Origin: Geosiphon pyriformis uo1
Taxonomy: Eukaryota; Fungi; Glomeromycota
Direction of reading: 5' to 3'
DNA: 64,000 nt
Assembly (NCBI GenBank): GCA_016748015.1
Contig: JAAOMT010000706.1
Coordinates: forward strand, 234,764-298,763
Shown piece by piece: positions 50,301-63,450 of the stretch. The translations under genes and the position numbers were made by a program. Numbering within the stretch: position 1 is the first letter of the stretch; every line of letters begins with the position of its first letter. The notes beneath the pieces are model-generated. The model was given only the letters and a program-made list of their open reading frames with translations. It searched no databases and had not been told where the DNA came from.

Positions 50301-53300
50301 CTTTGCTTGCCAATAATAATTGGAAAGCAATTTGTACTATTGCTTCTGGTAGTATTTCAAGAACAATTCTGAGATTAATTTTGGTTAAAAATTTTGGTTG
50401 AAAAACCAAAGTATCTTTGCCAGGATATCTTAAGTTATATCCTGCATCAATTTCATGAGCTTTTTCTGGTTTTATTCTTTTTCCATTGTTGTCAAAGTAT
50501 TTAAGTTGTATAATAAGCTGGTTTTCAGTAAGATAGATTGGGATTGTTATACTTTTTTCTTTTGGCTTATGTTCTCCAAATTCAATTTTTTCTTGGTCAT
50601 TTTTACTGGATAAGGAGATGCTAAGAGCATAGCATTCTAGACACCATTTGTCATCACAAGACATTATGTATTCTTCACACAATTGAATGTTCATTTGCTC
50701 TAATCATTGAATTTGAGCTTCTTGGGTTGAGTATGTATGACTTGTAATTTGGTGGTATATTTCTACTTCATTTTTATAATTGAATCCAGTTAATTTCATT
50801 GTATATTCAATGTACTCAGATTCTTTCATTTAATGGACATCTTCCTGTGTGGCTCTATTAATTAAAGCCATTGTTAAATCAAAGATCATTTTAGCATTAT
50901 AAGGATAGTAGTAAAGTTTGTTAAGAACATTGTTATATGCTGCATCAAAAGATGTTCTTCTTTTAACTTTTTCCAAAATTAATAGGGCATATTGGCAGGT
51001 TTGGTCACATACTCCTTCTCTTATTGTAACATCAATCCAGTTGTATTCTTCTGGTAGCATATCTCCACATGTAAGGCAAAAAGTGTTGTCCCATTTTCCA
51101 CTTCTTTTGGGATATTCAAATCGTTCCCTATAGCATGCTTTGCAAAAGTAGTAGATATGAGTTTCATATTCTTCTTCTGGGAAAATACATGCTCCCATTG
51201 ATAAAAGTTTTTTTTTACAATCTTTGCATTTAAGTAAGATATAAAGTAGTTGTTTTCATAGTTTTGGTGTGGAATATCTAACTACATTCTATTCTTTGGT
51301 CTCCTTAAAGATTTCTTGTTCTGTTTTTTCAGCCCAACTGGATGTTAATCCAAGAGCCATAAAGGTTTTGGTAATTGGTAGTTTTTTCTTCTCTTTAAAT
51401 TCAAATACTGAGGCTTTTTCAAATCTTTTATTAAAAATATCACAGATGGCAGGTATTTTGGTGTATTGTCCTTGATATGAAATCTTCAATTCCTGAGTTT
51501 TCCAATCTAAATTTGCATTGGTCTTGAAAAGTCAATTATTTTTGATGAAAGCTTGGTATTGGAGTGCATCCATAACTAAAACTTTGACTGGAATAGTAAT
51601 TCCATTAATGGTGAATGGGAAATTGTCAATTTCTCTTACTGATGTCTTTTTTATATTATCTGCTATAACAATTACAGTTTGGGCTGGTCTGTTAACAGTT
51701 CTTTAAAGCTGTTGCATTAACTGATAGGTAATAATACTTCCAGCTGATCTACTGTCTAAGATTAACCAAATTGGTTTTCTTTCTACTTTAGCTTCTGTAT
51801 ACATAGCAGTAATTGTTTTTTGTTCATTGACTGCTGTATTGCTAAGCAAGAATGGTGATTTATTGGCTTCAAATTCGAATGGAAATATATCTGAAAGATT
51901 GATATTTTGGGCAATTTGGGCTGGTAAAATAGTATTGTTGGAAGGATTTGATCTTGTTGCTGCAACTTTACCTTTAAAAAGTGCAGTTTGTTGAAAATCC
52001 GATTCTTCAGACATTGTAAGATAACTGGATTGAGTGTGATAGTGATTGGGTTTTTGCTGACCAGAATTTTGAGGAACCAACTGGTTGTTTGGGTTGATTC
52101 TGTTGTTGTGATTCTGAAATTGATTTTGAGGTGTGAATTGATTTTGTTAGACCAATCTTCAGGCAGGTACTTGGTATTGTTGTGTAGATAGGTATTGATA
52201 TTGTTGGATTAATAGAGATTGTTGGTATTGTTGCTGTGGAGCAGACTGATAGTAGTTGTTCTGTTATTGGGATTTTGAAGAATAGTAGACTGGTAGTAGA
52301 GGATGGTAATGAAATTGCTGTGTTGAAAAGTAATGCTGATTATTTTTGTTTTGTTGGTCTCTTTGTAGCTTTCTGCAATCTCATTTTCAATGTTCTGGAA
52401 TTTCACAATAATGACAACTTTGGTTTTGACTGTTTAATGATGGTGGGTAGTTAGTTTGGTTTTGTTATTGTGGTAGCTAATATATTTGTGGTTGTTGCTG
52501 TTATTGCTAGTTAGTGAAATAGTTCTCAACCTTCTTTGTAAGTTGGTCAATTTTTTTTTCAGCTGCTGAGCTGGTTTTTCCAATAGTAAGATTCACAAAT
52601 TTGGTATAGTTTGCTTCTTTTATTGCCATTTCATGGTTTTTTGCATGTCTAATGGCTATTGCTAAGTCTTCTGAAACATGTGGATGAACTTTCTTGATTA
52701 ACTTGTCTTTTAATTCTGCTATAAACTGATTCAAAATCTGGATATTGGAATAGTATTTATTGGTTTCTAATTGTCAAATTCATCAAAAAAGTTTGTTGAA
52801 TCTTCCAAGATAAGTCATGTTTTTTGTTTAATATTTTGAAAGCAATTTCGAAGAGTAATAGAGGTGTTGTTGTCAGTGAATTGTTGTAAGAAAGCATTTT
52901 TAAATGCTTGCCAGTTTTCAAATAGTTCTTCTAAGTTTTCAACCCATTTTTTTGCAGTTTCTTGGAAAAAGTATGGGATTGCTTTGAGCATTCTTGCTAC
53001 ATTCCATCCATTTGCATCTCCTGTTTTTTGAATTTTGTCAAGCCATTCTTGAGGGCTGGTATTATTATTTTTACCAGTAAATTCTGGAATCTTTGCAATA
53101 TAAGCAGTTGCCATTTCTTCTTCATTTTCTGTAATTTTTTCTGGTTTCAATTTAGTTTCTTTACTTTCTAAGTTTTCTGAATGATTACTTTTATTTTCTT
53201 GTAAGTAATCAAGAAAATTGGTGCTGATTGATATTGGTTTCTGCTGTTAAGTAGAATTTTTAGATAACTGAAAATCTTCTGGTCTGAAGAAATGGTTAAG

Positions 53301-54852
53301 TAGTGAATTTGGTGTTTGTGGTTAAGCAAGTGAAATTGGAAATAGTGTAATAAAAAGTAGTAATTTGACACTAGTTTCTTGTTTAAGTGTTTGTAAGTGT
53401 TTGGCAGTTGTCTTTAGAGTATTTGGGATGGTACTTGATTGTTGTTTTAGTTTTTGTTTGCCTTTGTTGCTTGTTTCTGTTTTTAATTTAAAGTCAATAA
53501 AGTATTTAAACTGTACTGGATATGTTTCTTTACAATACTTGATAATGTTAAAATTAAGTTCTTGAAAGTAAGTGGCAAGTGTTTTACTGTTAAGGTCTTT
53601 AGTTCTCAACTGTGAATAGTGCACTAAATTATTGTAAAGATTGCTTTTAACTTTTGAAATATTGTAATTTCCAAGAAAATAATTGTTGATGTGGTTTTTA
53701 ATATACTAGTAAAGTGTCTTTTTAACAATTTCAATTCCGTCTGAAATGTTGAATTTCTGCTTACAATAGGTGTAAATTGATTGATAATACTCTAGAGTTG
53801 TTGTGTCTGGTATGGTCGCCACTTTGAAGTTGTTATTGTTGTGTTATTTCTATGAGAGAGCACCAAATGTTATCAGAAGTTTTTGGTCTCTTTTCTTAAA
53901 TGTTGTAAATACTTGTTTGTTGTTAATTTTACGTTTTTCTGAAAGCAGTTGAACTTCCAATAACTGAATTTATCTTCAAATTATCTCCTATAATTTGAAC
54001 TGCTGGGGTTATAAGTGGAATAGCCAATTCTTTGCTAGTTATTTTATGTAGTTATATTGTAGTAAATGTCAACTTTTTTCCAGGAATTGCTCATCTAGAA
54101 GCTTACTAAAAATGTGTAGTTACTTTGCTGTGAAAGTCAATTCTTCTACAAAAATCTTGTCTGTAAGCTACCTTAATAATTATAATAAGAAAAAGAACAG
54201 AAAAATAAAAGAAATGTAAAAGAAATAGAATTTTATCAAGGGAAAAGTTTTCTGTTCAGATCTGAAGTCACTAACAAATTACTGAAATTAGTAGCTAATC
54301 AATTTCAAAATGTTAGTTGTGTTGAGGGAATTTCAAGTGTAATATTTTAAGGATTTGGTTTCCAAATATTTAATTTTTATTTAAGATGTATAAAAGATAA
54401 TTTGTTTCAATTAAGATATCTAAAGTAAAATATTATGATAAAATACTATGAGAAGATATAAGAAGATATATTTTCTTGAAAAAAAAAGCTCTTCTTTTAT
54501 ACAACTTGTTGTAATATTAGTCTTTAAACTTGCACTTTTCTCTTTGCTACAATTTGGGTGAACTAAAGATACATTTCAGCAAACTACAAGTTATTTCACT
54601 GAACTATTGATTATTTCGGCCAATTTTTATTAATTTTGGCAAATTTTGACTATGTTAAATGGTTCAGAGTATTGTGTAATTTGATTATCTTAATTTCTAT
54701 AATACAAATCAGATTATTGATTAAGTAATAATATTTGATAATTTGATTAAATAATAAGTGATAATTGAAATAATAATAATATATGCTAATTAATAATAGA
54801 AATTATGAGGGTAATTTCATGCTAATTAATAACTAAAATTCTACTGGTAACA
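47320..54852 (-). mobile_element. Gypsy A3 (5' LTR 53868-54852, gag to IN), 3' end missing, interrupted by B3
   Basis: Colinear with A1/A2; PBS TGGTGCTCTCTC; dUTPase in ORF 50077-50694; RH stop at 48234-48236; IN 47320-48176. Confidence 0.92.
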
Positions 54853-57195
54853 ACATCAAATTGATTCTCAATAGTGAATTAGCAAGTAGTATAATTATAA
54901 AGCAACTTATAGATCAACTAGGTCATTGAATAAACTGTACAGCTACTGCCTGAATCATAACTGCAGATAAAAATACTAAAACTCTGATAGGAGAAATTGA
55001 CAACTTCTTTTTCAAAATCAACAAAATTCAAATCCCTACTAAAGTATTTGTTATGGAGGCCACCCAATATCAAGCCTTTATAGAAAATGATTGGTTAGTC
55101 AAAGCTAGACTGGAATATGCAGGAATTACAGATCATCTTTAATAGACAGCATACACAAGTTTTGGCTACATGTAGACACTTCAAAGCTTAAAGCCCAAAA
55201 AAACTGCTGATTGAATTTGAAAACTTAATACTACTACCAACAATAAAGACCTATTAAGTTTCTTGGGCTGATGATTACTGAGCAGAGTTACCCTTACCAC
55301 CAACTTGAAAAGAAAAAGAAAAAGCAGAAAAAGAACTACAATCGGCATTTGCAGGCTATTTTGTCCCAAGTCAAAGAAGTCAATAGTATCAAATCCTAAA
55401 ATTAATTTGTGTCAACTATAAGAAAAAGTTATCTTCTATGAGCACATGTATCAGAAAGAATGAGGAATGGCCAACTGCCACCAAATATTACTGTAGACCT
55501 TGTTTGTTGAAAAAATTTGGCAGACCAAAATGACAAAACAAATAAGACAATACATCATGTCTTGTCTGTGGCGAGATCCTATCAGATGAAGGACTATGGA
55601 ACAATGTTCTTAGCAGAAGAAGAACATGTAACAAAGCATGTTAATACACTATCTTAATCAATAATTGGATATGAAAAAAAAAACTGATTGAAAACACCTG
55701 GAGATGAACACTTAGTAGATTAGATAGTTATCTACATAATGAACACAAAATATGGAGAATGGCAAGTGCCAAAACCAAAGGCACTATACTTAGTAAAATA
55801 TGAAAAATTAAAGAAAATCCATTTACACCAAAATATAATAGACCCAATTACATCACAGAAGATTTTTTCATAGATAACCTAAATGCATTTCAAGATCAAT
55901 ACCAGGAATTGGCCTCGACATGAGAAAAGCAAAAATAGTAGCTAGCTGACCTAAACACAAAACTGTGTAATCATTGTTTGATCTCTTGTTATTTTCAGTA
56001 CTGTGATGAATGTGATCTTATGTTCAACTTACCTCCAAGAAAACTATACCTGATCACTAAACTATTTGAGCCTGAGGTAAAAAAAAATTAATCAATAAGG
56101 ACATATCATGTCAAGATCTAACTGAAAATACTAAAACAGAATAGTATCTTGCTTATTCTGACCTCTCCAAAAAATTAGAATTAAAATAATATAGTGACAA
56201 TAAGAAAAAAATCTGCCCTGAAAGAACACATAACACTAATGCTGGATTCAATCTATAATATTCCAGACAATTATTTATAGTTATAGTTCCATATTCTCTT
56301 GTAACAATAAATCTTAAGATAGCATTAAAAATTTTTGTTAGTACAATGGTACAAGTTGCTTTTCAATCTAGTTTAGCCAAAAAAAAAATTGATGTAAAAA
56401 GAAGAATCATTGATGCTAGTTATACAGAAAACATTATCATGATGCTACAGAATAATTCAAACAAATCCTACAAAATAGAATCACAAAAAAAAATTGCCCA
56501 AGCTATCTTCTTATCCTTAGTCAAAATACTTCAATTAACTCTGATAACAACCCAAAAAGAATTAAGCCTCACTGCTTGAGGAATTAATAGGTTTAGATTA
56601 AGTAAAAAAGAAAATGTATCAGTCAACTTTACAAAAGAAAACAGTGACCAGGTAGAACTTATCTACATCAACACAGTCATCTCTATCTTTCTATACTGAC
56701 AATATATCCTCAAGGTGAATTGAAAGATTCAAGATCAAGTCCTGTTATTTAAAGTTGATTCTGAAATCTGTTTTCTAGCCAATATTGCTAATCTATACCT
56801 ACTGGTCAAAGCCCATAAACACTTCAAAATTCTTATTCACAATCTCACAGATAATATTATTGAAATTCCTGAAGGGACTCTTGTTGGTTTCATCTCTCCA
56901 GACATTTAACATCCTAAAAAACCCCAGCTTATTTTAAACTTTGCACAGCTATTTTTATTTTGCAATATTATCTTACAAATATGAAACTTGCCAAAAAAAA
57001 ATAATCTGTTCACACCAAAAAAAATTGACAAACTTCACTTGGGAAACCTGAGTACTCTTCAGCAAATGCAACTTAAGGTTCTCTTGAATTAATACACTGA
57101 TGTCTTTGCCAGTAAAAATAAGTTCAGATGCATTAATATTGTAAAGCATCAGATTGATATGGGAGATGCATGACTTATTAAACAGCAGGCCTAAG
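54853..57195 (+). mobile_element. Gypsy E2 fragment (PR, Cys-rich, dUTPase, start of RT)
   Basis: HIKLIL(N/D)S protease motif; Cys clusters 55400-56020; dUTPase ORF 56346-56579. Confidence 0.85.
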
Positions 57196-57912
57196 AAATT
57201 TTATATAACATTAAATATGTATATATAATGAAAATATTAGAAGCAAAAAAGACAGAATTCATCTCAAAATTAATACTCACAATTTATTAATTATTCCATA
57301 TCTTTTTCTTTAAAAAATAGTTTTCTATAACTTAAAATGGAATCAATCACATATTAATAAAATATCAATTATTACTTAAATCTATGTTATTGTCATTTAA
57401 TTAAAAAAAATTAATCACTATTACTTTATTAACACTTTATATTAATAAAATTTAACACTTAACTATATTGAACCAATAGTTCTTGATTATGGCTATTAAT
57501 AAGATATTAATTTTTTATTTTTTTATTTTATTTTTTTTATTTTATTTTTTTTATTTTTTTATTTTATTTTTTTGTTGTTTACTAATTAATTAAAGAGATT
57601 AAGTACTGAGTATTTAATGTCAAAGATAGCCTGGTAAAAGATCCAGAAATAAGAGTAAAAATTTAAAGATAGTTTACCAAAAAGACATGACTGCCAAAAT
57701 AAACCAGCCACTATGCTGAAAAAAAAAATTCATGAAATAAACTTCTGAGAGGATATTAAAACATCAAGTGAATCTTTGTTTATTATACAAAAGACTTAAC
57801 TAAAACCTTCAAATTACCAAAATCTTCAGATATTACCAATCATACTAAGCTATTGAACACCAAATTACAGGTTTGTTATTTGTATTAACACTCTAAATAA
57901 TTATCTATAACA
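57196..57912 (+). repeat. 5'-truncated B-like LTR
   Basis: Homologous to the 3' part of 31578-32458; ends TATAACA; U3 lost together with E2 RT-RH. Confidence 0.7.
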
Positions 57913-59265
57913 ATACTGAAACTGCACTATCTTATAACAAATTATAAAAAACAATAAAAAAAAGACTGTTTTGCATAACATATACTTTGATTTAATCATA
58001 AAACATTTTAATAAAGATATTATTTTGTAAAAAATGATAAATTTATACTATTGACCAATAATATATAAGAATATTTTTGAATATATTATCAAATATAACT
58101 CATGCTAATAAAAAAAAGAGCCAGAATCATAAAACCATTTTGACTTATTCTAGTTAAAAATCTATTTGATAGAATTGAGATCAATTTAGTTGGTCTTTTT
58201 TTAATTATATCTAAAAAAATCATTATATTGTTGTAGCTATAGACTATTTTATCAAATAATTTAAAGTCAGAGCTATTTCAATAACTAATACTAAAACAAT
58301 AGCTGAATTTATGCATCAAAATCTGATTTGCCAACATAGATGTTGTTACAGATAATTATTTGGAATCTTAAGTCAAATAACAAACCCATAATCTGGTGCT
58401 CAGTTTTTACTCTAATGGATGGTGGTGATAATATTAGTACATTGTCTTTATCTGAAGATTTTGATTAAGAGTTCTTTGTATAATGAACAGAAATTCAATG
58501 ACAATATAGTTGGTTGGTAAGTTGTGTTCCCAATTTCTGTTTTCAGCTTGGTGGCCAGTTTATTCTAATAGTCATGCCCTTCTGGTAAGTTAGCTGTTAA
58601 TATATATATAATTTTATCCTTATTTCTGGGTTTTTTATCAGGCTATCCATAACATCAATTACTCAGCACTTTTAATCCTTAATCAATTAGTATACAACAA
58701 TAAAATCAAGAAAAAAAAATAAAAGAAAATAAAGAAATAAGCCAAGACAATGTGCAAGTTAGTATCTATTAATAGCTGTGATCAAAAGCTATTATTCCAA
58801 TGTGATTAAGTATTATTTACTATTAATATAAAGCATTAATAGCAAAGAATGGATTGAAATGGTGAATAATTATTTATTAATATTTGTAAATAGAAAGTTG
58901 CTTGGATAAAATCTAAACTGAAAGGTCTCTAATAGAAGGATTCTGTCTTTTCTACTTTCAACACTATTACTATATATACATAATTTAAGTTCTATGAGAT
59001 TGCTCACATTCTCAAACAATGTTTTATAATTTCTTAAATAATGTTCACATTACTGAGCAATGTGTCATGATTTCTGATATTGCTCCATATTGCTAAGCAA
59101 TATGCCATAATTTCTGACATTGCTCCATATTGCTAAGCAATGTGCTCACATGCTGACTACTACTCTCTTATTGGTCTACTGTTTTCCTATATCTGTTTTT
59201 TTTTTATGAATAACAATGTCTGAAAAAATTATTATTTGACCAAGAAACTTATTTTATTAATAGTA
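57913..59265 (+). pseudogene. E2 integrase remnant, split by a solo LTR
   Basis: Degenerate IDLVG and CQHRC|LKKLLFDQETYF read across the insertion. Confidence 0.7.
58344..59215 (-). repeat. Solo LTR (B-like R/U5, different U3)
   Basis: TGTTACA...TAACA, perfect TSD ATGT; 40-bp tandem repeat at about 59050-59145. Confidence 0.88.
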
Positions 59266-59286
59266 TGAATTATAAAATATTATAAA

Positions 59287-61236
59287 TTGAAAACTTTTTT
59301 CTCTTGTTCATCTCAAATTCCCAAAAAAAAGTCAAAAAATTTTTCTAGAAAAAGTTTTTTCAACATTCAGCATGATAAATCCAAACCATTTTTGCTTGAT
59401 TACAAGGCCACCATCAGCCCTAGTATTGCTGTTCTAAACATGTCTATTGTGGAGCCTGGTTTTAATATTGGTGTCAAGTCCAATAAGTCTAGAAAGAAGA
59501 AAAGGTGTGGTGTTTTGGAAGATAATATAAGTATTAAAAAAATTATTACTGCTAAAACGTCAGGTGGTCATTCATAAAGTTCTAAGACAGGTGATACTAC
59601 TGAATCAGATAGTGTGAACATAAAAGAAGAGTTTTTGGTTAAGGAGACCAGTTTTGATTATGGTGAAGATGGTGCTACTGTTGATGGAGACTTGAAACAA
59701 ACTCCTAAGAGCTCAAAAATTCAAACTAAGAGAATGCTTGGCAAACCACTGGGAAAGATTAATTTCTTGAGTGATAATGATAATGATAATATTCTATTGA
59801 ACAAATCTGTGGTTCTCTCCTCTCTTTGAAAAATTTGATCAATGTTTCTGTTAGAAAATCTTTCACTCTGGACATTGGTTTAAACAATATAGTTGGTAAA
59901 TCCATTCAGGAAAAACTTGTGGTGGTCAGAAAACTGTTTTCAAAAATCAATGGTTTTTGGAGGGTCTCTACCCTCTCAAAATTTGTTGGAATTGTCAGAG
60001 CAATGTTTACTTCCGAATTGAGTTTAATGAAAGTTACCAAGTTGGCTACTGATGCAAAGATTCTGGTAAATACTGATCTTAAGAAATCATCTGGGCATTC
60101 AGATTGGGCTGTGGTGGTGAAAAAAATTTCTGTTGGAACATCAGTTGAGGCTGTGTGTGCTGTGCTTTTTGAATTTGGGATAATTAAATCAGTCAAGATG
60201 CAACTTGTAAGTCTATGGCAGAAAGCAATTGTCAAATTTAAAAATCAGAATCAGGCTGATTTTTTGGCTTCTAGATGGTTTATCTTCATTGGGAAAAATG
60301 CTGTTCATGTGGCCAGGGCCAATCTTGATAAACAAAACATGGGACTCTAGAGATCTGCATAAAGCACTGTTTTATACTTTTTCTGTGGGAATCAATGCTC
60401 ATAATATCTGAAAATATATTGGCTCTGTGAGTAGAAAGACTTGTGTGATTGATTGTTATCCGATTACATATGCTCGAACCAGATGTGTCATTGTTTGTTT
60501 TGGGTCAGCTGAATCATTGGATGCTGTCATGGGTGTCACTCCTGTGTTAAGAGGTGCTCACCTTTGTTGGTCTTATCTTGGTTCTACTGTGTATGCAAAG
60601 TGTGATAAAGTGGGTTACACTTCTCTAAGCTGTGCTTCTGGTAGGAAGATTTCTTCTGGTAGCTTGTCATGTCGGGTTCTTTTGGATACAGATAAAAACA
60701 GACTGGCAGCCATTTATGCCAAATGTTTGGCTCCTGTTTTTCATCCTGTTACTTTTGGTGGAATGTCTTGGGTGAAAATTGCTGGTGGATCTTTGTTTTC
60801 TCCTCTTTCTGTACATAGTGGTTTGGTCAATTTTGGCTCCTCTTTGGGGATAAAGCCTATTCTGTCTGCTATAGTTGATATTGAAAAAAAGTTTACCATT
60901 TTGGAAAGCAGTCTTACCAGTCTTGTAAAACAAATTAGTGAGTTGGCTAAGAGATTAGATTCACTCATGCTGGCAGTTTCTCAGCCTAGTCCTGAATGTC
61001 AATTGCTAGTGACCTCCCTATCACAGAATCAAGTGGGTGATATAGTAATGGGAGAGGGTTCAGGTGAGACCACTAGTGATGAGACTGCTACAAAATTGAA
61101 CTCTTTCATCTTCTCAGAGGTGAAGAGACTAAAAACTATACTGAAAGGGCTCTCTGTTTCAGTTCTGAGTCTAACAATAAGGTTTGATGGTTCAATTTTG
61201 GCTGGTGGTATACTTCTCAATTCTTTTTTTCAATGA
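59287..61236 (+). pseudogene. LINE ORF1 (RRM-like, degenerate CCHC, coiled coil)
   Basis: Fragments 59287-59577, 59614-59829, 59826-60350, 60427-61236; (C)AKCDKVG(H)TSLSC; heptad-like region; start uncertain. Confidence 0.75.
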
Positions 61237-63450
61237 CCAGTCTAATTTGGAAGATTGCCACATGCAACATTAGGAGTATGAACAATTCAGCAAAACAAGA
61301 AAATATTGTTTATTGGCATTTAGAATCTGGTAATATAGTTTCTGTTGTTATCAAAGCTAAGTTAAAAGCAAGTGTTGGACTTTGGATTAAAAACAAGTTT
61401 GAAGGTGTTAGAATTTTTACTTCTGGCTTAGATAAGGGTTTTCTGGGTGCAGGAATGGCTATCATAATAAATAGTGTGTTTGCTCAGCATGTTTCAAAGA
61501 TTGAGGAAATCTCTGGTCAGATTATCTCTGTTTGTTTATTGTTTAAAAACAAGCTTTCAGTGACCTTCTTGGGTTTGTATACTGGTGCTTCAGCCAAAAC
61601 TTGGTTTTCTCAGGCTTCAGGCATCAACTTTTTCATATTTAGGGCCATAAACACAAGTTTTTTTGTGGTTCTTAGTGGTAATTTCAATGAAAATAAAGTC
61701 AAAAGATGTGCAAGTTTTAGGAAGTGTTTGGAAGTAGGTTTGATCAATTTGCTGAATGGCTTTTCTGCAAGTAAATCTAGTACTTGGAGCAATTTGTGTG
61801 AAGTTTTGAGAGTTATTGATTATGTTTTTGTGAATGAGGTTTTGGCTTCTGCCATTGTCAGACGTGAAGTTACTCCTATGTCCAAATTTTTTGATACTGA
61901 TCATAAGATGGTTGGAATCTCGGTTGAGTTGGGGGGCTTAGTTGATGTGTGTCTGAACAATGTTTGCAAGCAGACTAATAAAAACCAGTGGAAATTTAAG
62001 ATCAATAATATGGATGTGGCCAAGTGGGTACGTTTCAAAGAACTTTCTTTGGCTAGTCTGGTTACATCTCTGGGTTGCTTTTTGGTCACTAAAGAAAAGA
62101 AAGATTTGGATGAGATGTGAGAAGTGTTGAAAAGTGCAGTGTGTAATTCGGCTAATGAGATATTTTCCAAACATTGGTTTAGTGAGTTTGATTGTCCAAA
62201 AAACAGACAGTCTTTAAGATTTTTCAAATTGAAGTCTTTAATAGCTAAGGTTATGAAATATGTGTTCACAAGTTAATTCTTGGAATTTGATTGTTTTATA
62301 CAGATTTGGTTGACTCTTAATAATGCTGAGGCCTCTAAGTTTATTGCCTTGTATCATGGTAAGCTTAGATCAACTGTGCTACTTAAACATTTGTCCAGAG
62401 CTAAGAAAAGTTATCATAAGTCCAAATACTATAAGGCAGAGATAGCAAAAAATGGACACATCAGGGATGCAATTGATAAGTGAATGGAAAATTTTGTTTC
62501 AAATAAAGGAAATATGATCAGGAATGTCTTGGAATGGCCATTCTGCAAAGTTATTCTAGATCATTTGGTGGTTGGAGATGAGCTGATTGTGGAGCCTGGT
62601 GAGATAAGATCCAAAGTGAATGAGATCATGGTGAATTGGACTCATAAGTGAAGGGTGTTTCCAGTCTTACCTGCCCTTTGGGCTTGCCAATACAGTCCTT
62701 TGGAGTATGTTGACAATGATGCTTTCTTGAAAGTAATGTGTGATATTAGTCTAGGTGAGTTATCTTCAGTGGTTAGTGATTTATCTGATAGTAAGGCTGC
62801 TGGTCTTTCTGATATACCTAATGAATTTTGGAAGTGCTGTGGGAATAAGATGATGACATATTTTCTGGATCTGTTAAATTCTTACTTGATGATAAGTGAT
62901 GTTTTTATAACTTGGAAGAGAGCTTGGATTTCTATGATTTCCAAGCCCTATGACTGGGATAGAGTTCTAACCAATACAAGGCCAATTGCACTCATAGAGA
63001 CAGCAAGGAAGATCTTGTCTAAGGTGTTATCTAATCATATCTCGTCTGCATATAACAAGTGTGGCATTCTACATGGTGACAATTTTTTAGTCTTAAGAGG
63101 CACTTCAACTCAGTCTCCAATTTTTGCTGTGGATTCAGTCATTAAAGATGCTTTGAAAAAGGATCATGAAATTTGGCTGGTCTTACAGGATATGCACAAA
63201 GTCTATAACTCTATCAGTTGGCATCATTTGAAATTGAGCTTAGAGCATATCAAAATGTGTAGCAAATTTATAAAATTTTTTGGTAATATCCATAAAAACA
63301 AATACAACAAGATAATAACTGACTTTGGTCTCTCTGATGGCTACTTGGTTCATGATGGTTTGGATCAGGGAAAAGTTTTTTCCCTGCTCCTTAGAGAATT
63401 TTTTATGACTTTTTGTTGTGTAAGGTTAAGAAACAGGAACATTTGTGTGG
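61233..63450 (+). pseudogene. LINE ORF2 (AP endonuclease + RT N-half)
   Basis: IATCNIRS, SGNFN (GDFN), IDYVF, TDH endonuclease motifs; RT motifs RPIALIE, QDMHKVYN, GLDQG. Confidence 0.92.

Larger units (their letters stand above)
59266..63450 (+). mobile_element. APE-type non-LTR retrotransposon (L1/Tx1-like), interrupted by an LTR at 63451
   Basis: ORF1 followed by ORF2 with endonuclease and RT; 5' boundary approximate. Confidence 0.9.
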
